Of a stretch of 40,000 nucleotides of DNA, positions 34,879 to 40,000 are shown one piece after another. The notes under the pieces were generated by a model. It saw only the letters and a list, made by a program, of their open reading frames with translations. It ran no database searches and had not been told where the DNA came from. Source of the stretch: Cedecea selenatireducens (GTDB lineage Bacteria; Pseudomonadota; Gammaproteobacteria; Enterobacterales; Enterobacteriaceae). Each line of letters opens with the position of its first letter. Position 1 is the first letter of the stretch. The position numbers and the translations under genes were made by a program. The DNA is taken from NCBI RefSeq assembly GCF_042138895.1, contig NZ_JBHIKW010000013.1, positions 54,007 to 94,006 of the forward strand. Reading direction: 5' to 3'.

Positions 34879-34939
34879 TAAGCGCTATCCGTTGAGAGGG
34901 AGTCACTTCCCTCTAAACGAAATCATTTCACCTTCTCCC

Positions 34940-34966
34940 TTCATTTTTTCCTGCTGCTGCCGATAA
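34940..34966 (+). promoter_or_regulatory. candidate sigma28 (FliA) class-3 flagellar promoter for cheV
   Basis: TTCATTTT-N11-GCCGATAA compared with the consensus TAAAGTTT-N11-GCCGATAA: the -10 element is perfect and the -35 matches 5/8. It lies about 60 nt upstream of the cheV ATG. Confidence 0.45.
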
Positions 34967-35028
34967 CTTATACAAGCATTCACTCCGTACGGTTGGGTTC
35001 TGAGGCCGGGTTATCACTTGAGGTTAAA

Positions 35029-35997
35029 ATGGATAGTTTTCAGAAAGATATCGATGAAAGGGCCAACCTGGCGTTATCCAACAAGTTCGAGCTGCTGCTG
35101 TTCCGCTTAGGCACAGGCCAGCACGACAGCAAGTCCGAGCTGTACGGCATCAACGTCTTTAAGCTGCGTGAAATTGTGCCCATGCCGAAGATTAACCGTG
35201 CCGCAGGCATGGAGTCGCCGCTGCTGGGGATGGCCAATATTCGCGACCAGATTATCCCGGTCATCGACCTTCCCGCCGTGACCGGCTGCACGCCTAAGAC
35301 TGGCTTAAATTTATTACTGATCACCGAATACGCCCGCAGCACCCAGGCTTTTGCCGTGGAGTCCGTGGAGAATATTATTCGCCTCGACTGGAGCCAGGTG
35401 CACGCCGCCGAAGCCGGGGTCAGCAGCCGCAATATCACCAGCATCGCCAATATTGACGATCCGCTGACCGGTAAAGACCTGGCGCTGGTGCTGGACGTGG
35501 AGCAGATCCTCTATGACATCATCCCGTCCGGGAGAGATGTGAACATTGCCGCGATTGAAGAGAAAACCTATACCCTGAAGCCGGGCGCGGTGGCTATCGT
35601 TGCCGAAGATTCCAAAGTCGCGCGTTCGATGCTGGAGCAGGGCCTGAAGGGGATGGGCATTCCGGCCATCATGCACGCCACCGGCCTGGAGGCCTGGGAA
35701 AAAATCAAAGCTATTGCCGCCGATGCCAAAGCTTCCGGCACGCCGATAACCGATAAAATCGGCCTGGTGCTGACCGATATCGAGATGCCGGAAATGGACG
35801 GTTTTACCCTGACCCGCAACATCAAAACCGAGCCAACGCTTAAGCATATCCCGGTGGTGATTCACTCCTCGCTTTCCGGCAGCGCCAACGAAGATCACGT
35901 GCGTAAAGTCGGTGCCAACGGCTACGTTGCGAAGTTCGACGTGGTCGAGCTTTCTGCCGTGATCCACAAAGCGCTGGAAGACGCCGCCCGTCAATAA
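35029..35997 (+). CDS. cheV: chemotaxis coupling protein CheV (CheW-like domain fused to a receiver domain)
   Basis: The track ORF starts at a non-ATG codon at 34993. ATG 35029 (GAGG 7 nt upstream) gives MDSFQKDID…. There is an N-terminal CheW-like domain and a C-terminal REC domain (…VLTDIEMPEMDGF…). Present in Salmonella and Enterobacter, absent from E. coli K-12. Confidence 0.85.
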   Translation: MDSFQKDIDERANLALSNKFELLLFRLGTGQHDSKSELYGINVFKLREIVPMPKINRAAGMESPLLGMANIRDQIIPVIDLPAVTGCTPKTGLNLLLITEYARSTQAFAVESVENIIRLDWSQVHAAEAGVSSRNITSIANIDDPLTGKDLALVLDVEQILYDIIPSGRDVNIAAIEEKTYTLKPGAVAIVAEDSKVARSMLEQGLKGMGIPAIMHATGLEAWEKIKAIAADAKASGTPITDKIGLVLTDIEMPEMDGFTLTRNIKTEPTLKHIPVVIHSSLSGSANEDHVRKVGANGYVAKFDVVELSAVIHKALEDAARQ

Positions 35998-36168
35998 TAA
36001 AGATTCCGGCTCTGCCTAAAGGTGGAGCCGTTATGCCTCTTTTTATTCCCCCGTCATGCTCGGGTAACACGTTTCACTTACCCTCAGCACAAAGCTTTTT
36101 ACCCGCTGCGTTATAGCCGTAAGCCGTGGTTTCATGAAGAAAAGTTATAACCACACGCTAAGTACGGC

Positions 36169-36207
36169 ATTGATAAACATTTTCAATATCATTTAATTAA
36201 CTATAAT
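36169..36207 (+). promoter_or_regulatory. sodA promoter with Fur-box-like operator
   Basis: ATTGATAAACATTTTCAATATCATT is Fur-box-like, followed by the TATAAT -10 element at 36202-36207. As I recall it, this nearly matches the E. coli sodA promoter region. Confidence 0.6.
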
Positions 36208-36271
36208 GAACCGACTGATTACGCGGCGTTAACAGCACTACAGCCGCTCTACGTTAATGGAGACGATGAAT

Positions 36272-36892
36272 ATGAGCTATACACTGCCATCCCTGCCTTA
36301 CGCTTACGACGCGCTGGAACCGCATTTCGATAAAGAAACCATGGAAATCCACCACAGCAAACACCACCAGGCCTACGTTAACAACGCGAACGCCGCGCTG
36401 GAATCCCTGCCTGAGTTTGCCAGCCTGTCTGCTGAAGAGCTGATTACCAAACTGGATCAGCTGCCTGCTGATAAGAAAACCGCGCTGCGTAACAACGCCG
36501 GCGGCCACGCTAACCACAGCTTCTTCTGGAAAGGCCTGAAAAAAGGCACCGAGCTGAAAGGTGACCTGAAAGCCGCTATCGAGCGTGATTTCGGCAGCGT
36601 TGACGCGTTCAAAGCTGAGTTCGAAAAAGCTGCAGCTACCCGTTTCGGCTCCGGCTGGGCGTGGCTGGTGCTGAAAGGCGACAAACTGGCCGTAGTGTCT
36701 ACTGCAAACCAGGACAGCCCGCTGATGGGCGAAGCTATCTCCGGCGCTTCCGGCTTCCCGATTGTGGGCCTGGACGTTTGGGAACACGCTTACTACCTGA
36801 AATTCCAGAACCGTCGCCCGGACTACGCAAAAGAGTTCTGGAACGTGGTTAACTGGGACGAAGCAGCAGCCCGTTTCGCCGCTAAAAAATAA
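36272..36892 (+). CDS. sodA: manganese superoxide dismutase
   Basis: ATG 36272 gives [21 protein letters not shown]… and a 206-aa product nearly identical to E. coli SodA. The track ORF starts 15 nt earlier. Confidence 0.96.
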   Translation: MSYTLPSLPYAYDALEPHFDKETMEIHHSKHHQAYVNNANAALESLPEFASLSAEELITKLDQLPADKKTALRNNAGGHANHSFFWKGLKKGTELKGDLKAAIERDFGSVDAFKAEFEKAAATRFGSGWAWLVLKGDKLAVVSTANQDSPLMGEAISGASGFPIVGLDVWEHAYYLKFQNRRPDYAKEFWNVVNWDEAAARFAAKK

Positions 36893-36912
36893 GGTTGCAA
36901 TACGACCTTAGA

Positions 36913-36940
36913 GAAGCGAGCCTGATGGCTCGCTTTTTTT
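36913..36940 (+). terminator. rho-independent terminator of sodA
   Basis: GAAGCGAGCC-tgat-GGCTCGCTTC-like stem followed by a T run (…GGCTCGCTTTTTTT). Confidence 0.8.
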
Positions 36941-36970
36941 ATGTCCGTAGCACAACGCAGGGAGTCGCTT

Positions 36971-37648
36971 ATGCACCGCTATCCGCTTCAGGTTTACGCT
37001 GGCCAGATTCGTGATTACGAAGGGAGCCGGCCCAGCGCCATCGCCAAGGTTCAGGTGGACGGCGAGCTTCGCTTAACCGAGACTGGGCTTGAGGGCGATC
37101 AACAGGCGGAGAAGGTGATTCACGGCGGGCCAGACAGGGCGCTGTGCCACTATCCGCGCGAGCATTATCAGCATTGGGCGCAAATCTTCCCGGATAAGGC
37201 GGATCTGTTTAATGCCCCGGCCTTCGGCGAAAACCTGTCTACGCAAGGGATGACGGAAAAGAACGTCTATATGGGCGATATTTACCGCTGGGGTGAGGCG
37301 CTGATTCAGGTGACCCAGCCTCGCTCGCCGTGCTTTAAGCTTAACTACCATTTTGGCGTAGAGGATATGGCGGCACGGATGCAGGAAGCAGGCTACTGCG
37401 GCTGGCTTTATCGCGTGATTCTGGCGGGGAGCGTTTCTGCCGATGCGCCGCTGGAGCTGGTTTCACGCGTTAGCGACGTGACGGTGGCAGAAGCTATCGC
37501 CATTGCCTGGCATATGCCGTTTGATGATTCGCAATATCATCGGCTTTTGTCGGCGGCTGGGTTGTCGGTGAGCTGGAGCAGAACGATGCAGAAAAGGCGT
37601 ATTTCAAGAAAGATAGAGGATAATTCGCGGCGTTTGCTCGGGAAGTAA
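36971..37648 (+). CDS. yiiM: MOSC-domain protein (6-N-hydroxylaminopurine resistance, YiiM-like)
   Basis: ATG 36971 gives MHRYPLQVYAGQI…. Collinear with E. coli YiiM (…KVIHGGPDRALCHYPREHY…QPRSPCFKLNYHF…). Confidence 0.88.
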   Translation: MHRYPLQVYAGQIRDYEGSRPSAIAKVQVDGELRLTETGLEGDQQAEKVIHGGPDRALCHYPREHYQHWAQIFPDKADLFNAPAFGENLSTQGMTEKNVYMGDIYRWGEALIQVTQPRSPCFKLNYHFGVEDMAARMQEAGYCGWLYRVILAGSVSADAPLELVSRVSDVTVAEAIAIAWHMPFDDSQYHRLLSAAGLSVSWSRTMQKRRISRKIEDNSRRLLGK

Positions 37649-37651
37649 CTG

Positions 37652-37731
37652 CCCCTCACCCCAGCCCTCTCCCCAAAGGGGCGAGGGAGAAAAAAGATGT
37701 GCCGGCCCTCTCCCCAAAGGGGAGAGGGGGG
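37652..37731. repeat. REP-like cluster D (two units, same orientation) between convergent yiiM and phoU
   Basis: 37652-37687 is CCCCTCACCCCAGCCCTCTCCCCAAAGGGGCGAGGG. 37702-37731 is CCGGCCCTCTCCCCAAAGGGGAGAGGGGGG. Confidence 0.8.
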
Positions 37732-37743
37732 AAAGAAGTGCAC

Positions 37744-38469
37744 TTACTCTTTCGGGTCTTTACCCGCCAGCAGCTTGTCCAGCTCATCGCCGCCCACGTG
37801 ACGGAAGTCCTGTCCCTTCACGAAGTAGAAGATGTATTCGCAGATGTTCTGGCAACGGTCACCGATACGCTCGATGGAACGGGCGCAGAACAGCGCGGTC
37901 AGCACGCTTGGAATGGTGCGGGAGTCTTCCATCATGTAGGTCATCAGCTGACGCACGATACCTTCATATTCCTGGTCAACTTTCTTGTCTTCGCGGTAGA
38001 TACGTACCGCTTCATCCAGATCCATACGCGCGAAAGCGTCCAGCACGTCGTGCAGCATTTGCACGGTGTGGCGCCCCAGCGACTCGAGGCTGACCAGCAG
38101 TGGCTGGTGCTGCTGGGAGAATTTCTCCAGCGCGGTGCGGCAGATTTTATCCGCTACGTCACCAATACGTTCCAGCTCGGCGATGGTTTTGATGATGGCC
38201 ATCACCAGGCGCAGGTCGCTGGCGGTTGGCTGGCGTTTGGCGATGATGCGCACGCAGGCTTCATCGATCGCCACTTCCATCATGTTGACCTTTTGGTCAC
38301 CGGCGATAACGCGCTTCGCCAGCTCGCTGTCCTGGTTGTGCATCGCGGTGATCGCGTCGGAGAGCTGCTGTTCCACCAGCCCGCCCATCGTCATCACCTG
38401 AGTACGGATGTACTCCAGCTCGGCGTTGAACTGACCAGAAATATGTTTGTTTAAGTTGAGGTTATCCAT
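37744..38469 (-). CDS. phoU: phosphate signalling complex protein PhoU
   Basis: ATG 38469 gives [19 protein letters not shown]… and a 241-aa product like E. coli PhoU. The track ORF starts 12 nt earlier. Confidence 0.95.
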   Translation of the reverse strand: MDNLNLNKHISGQFNAELEYIRTQVMTMGGLVEQQLSDAITAMHNQDSELAKRVIAGDQKVNMMEVAIDEACVRIIAKRQPTASDLRLVMAIIKTIAELERIGDVADKICRTALEKFSQQHQPLLVSLESLGRHTVQMLHDVLDAFARMDLDEAVRIYREDKKVDQEYEGIVRQLMTYMMEDSRTIPSVLTALFCARSIERIGDRCQNICEYIFYFVKGQDFRHVGGDELDKLLAGKDPKE

Positions 38470-38481
38470 CGCGCTCTCCAA

Positions 38482-40000
<1,519 letters not shown>

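Noticed and set aside
17343-37731. The recurring CCCTCTCCC…GGGAGAGGG units as a possible CRISPR array or degenerate arrays.
   Set aside because: There are only 2-3 units per locus, often in inverted orientation and with irregular spacing. Each unit is itself a palindrome and there are no cas genes. This is REP/REPIN-type architecture, not CRISPR.

Overview
Chromosomal window from a GC-rich member of the Enterobacteriaceae. The proteins are collinear with E. coli, Klebsiella and Enterobacter orthologues; the species cannot be determined from the sequence alone. Almost all of it is core metabolism.

Gene order:
- xylB (partial) and xylA on the - strand, divergent from xylFGH-xylR on the + strand.
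- bax (-), an orphan coiled-coil ORF (+), then malS (+).
- A non-coding inverted-duplication element of about 575 bp, then avtA (+).
- One contiguous formate-hydrogenlyase (FHL, hydrogenase 3) block of about 20 kb. On the - strand: HoxN-type Ni transporter, hypF, a Cys-type fdhF, hydN and hycIHGFEDCBA. Divergent from these on the + strand: hypABCDE-fhlA.
- A yajD-like HNH gene, cheV, sodA and yiiM (+), then phoU, pstB and pstA (partial) on the - strand.

I found no tRNA or rRNA, IS element, prophage, CRISPR array or recognisable defence gene.

The accessory or unexplained content is small:
1. The hairpin-dense non-coding element at 12032-12606. It is the best candidate for something undescribed: a structured RNA or an unusual MITE.
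2. A family of REP/REPIN-like palindromic units (CCCTCACCC-nnn-CCCTCTCCC-loop-GGGAGAGGG) at four loci. Three of these lie inside the FHL transcription units or their control region.
3. An fdhF copy with Cys (TGC) instead of the UGA-encoded selenocysteine, inserted between hydN and hypF.
4. An orphan 251-aa coiled-coil ORF.

All homology statements rest on my reading of the translations and my memory of the E. coli proteins. No database search, folding or statistical computation was possible.
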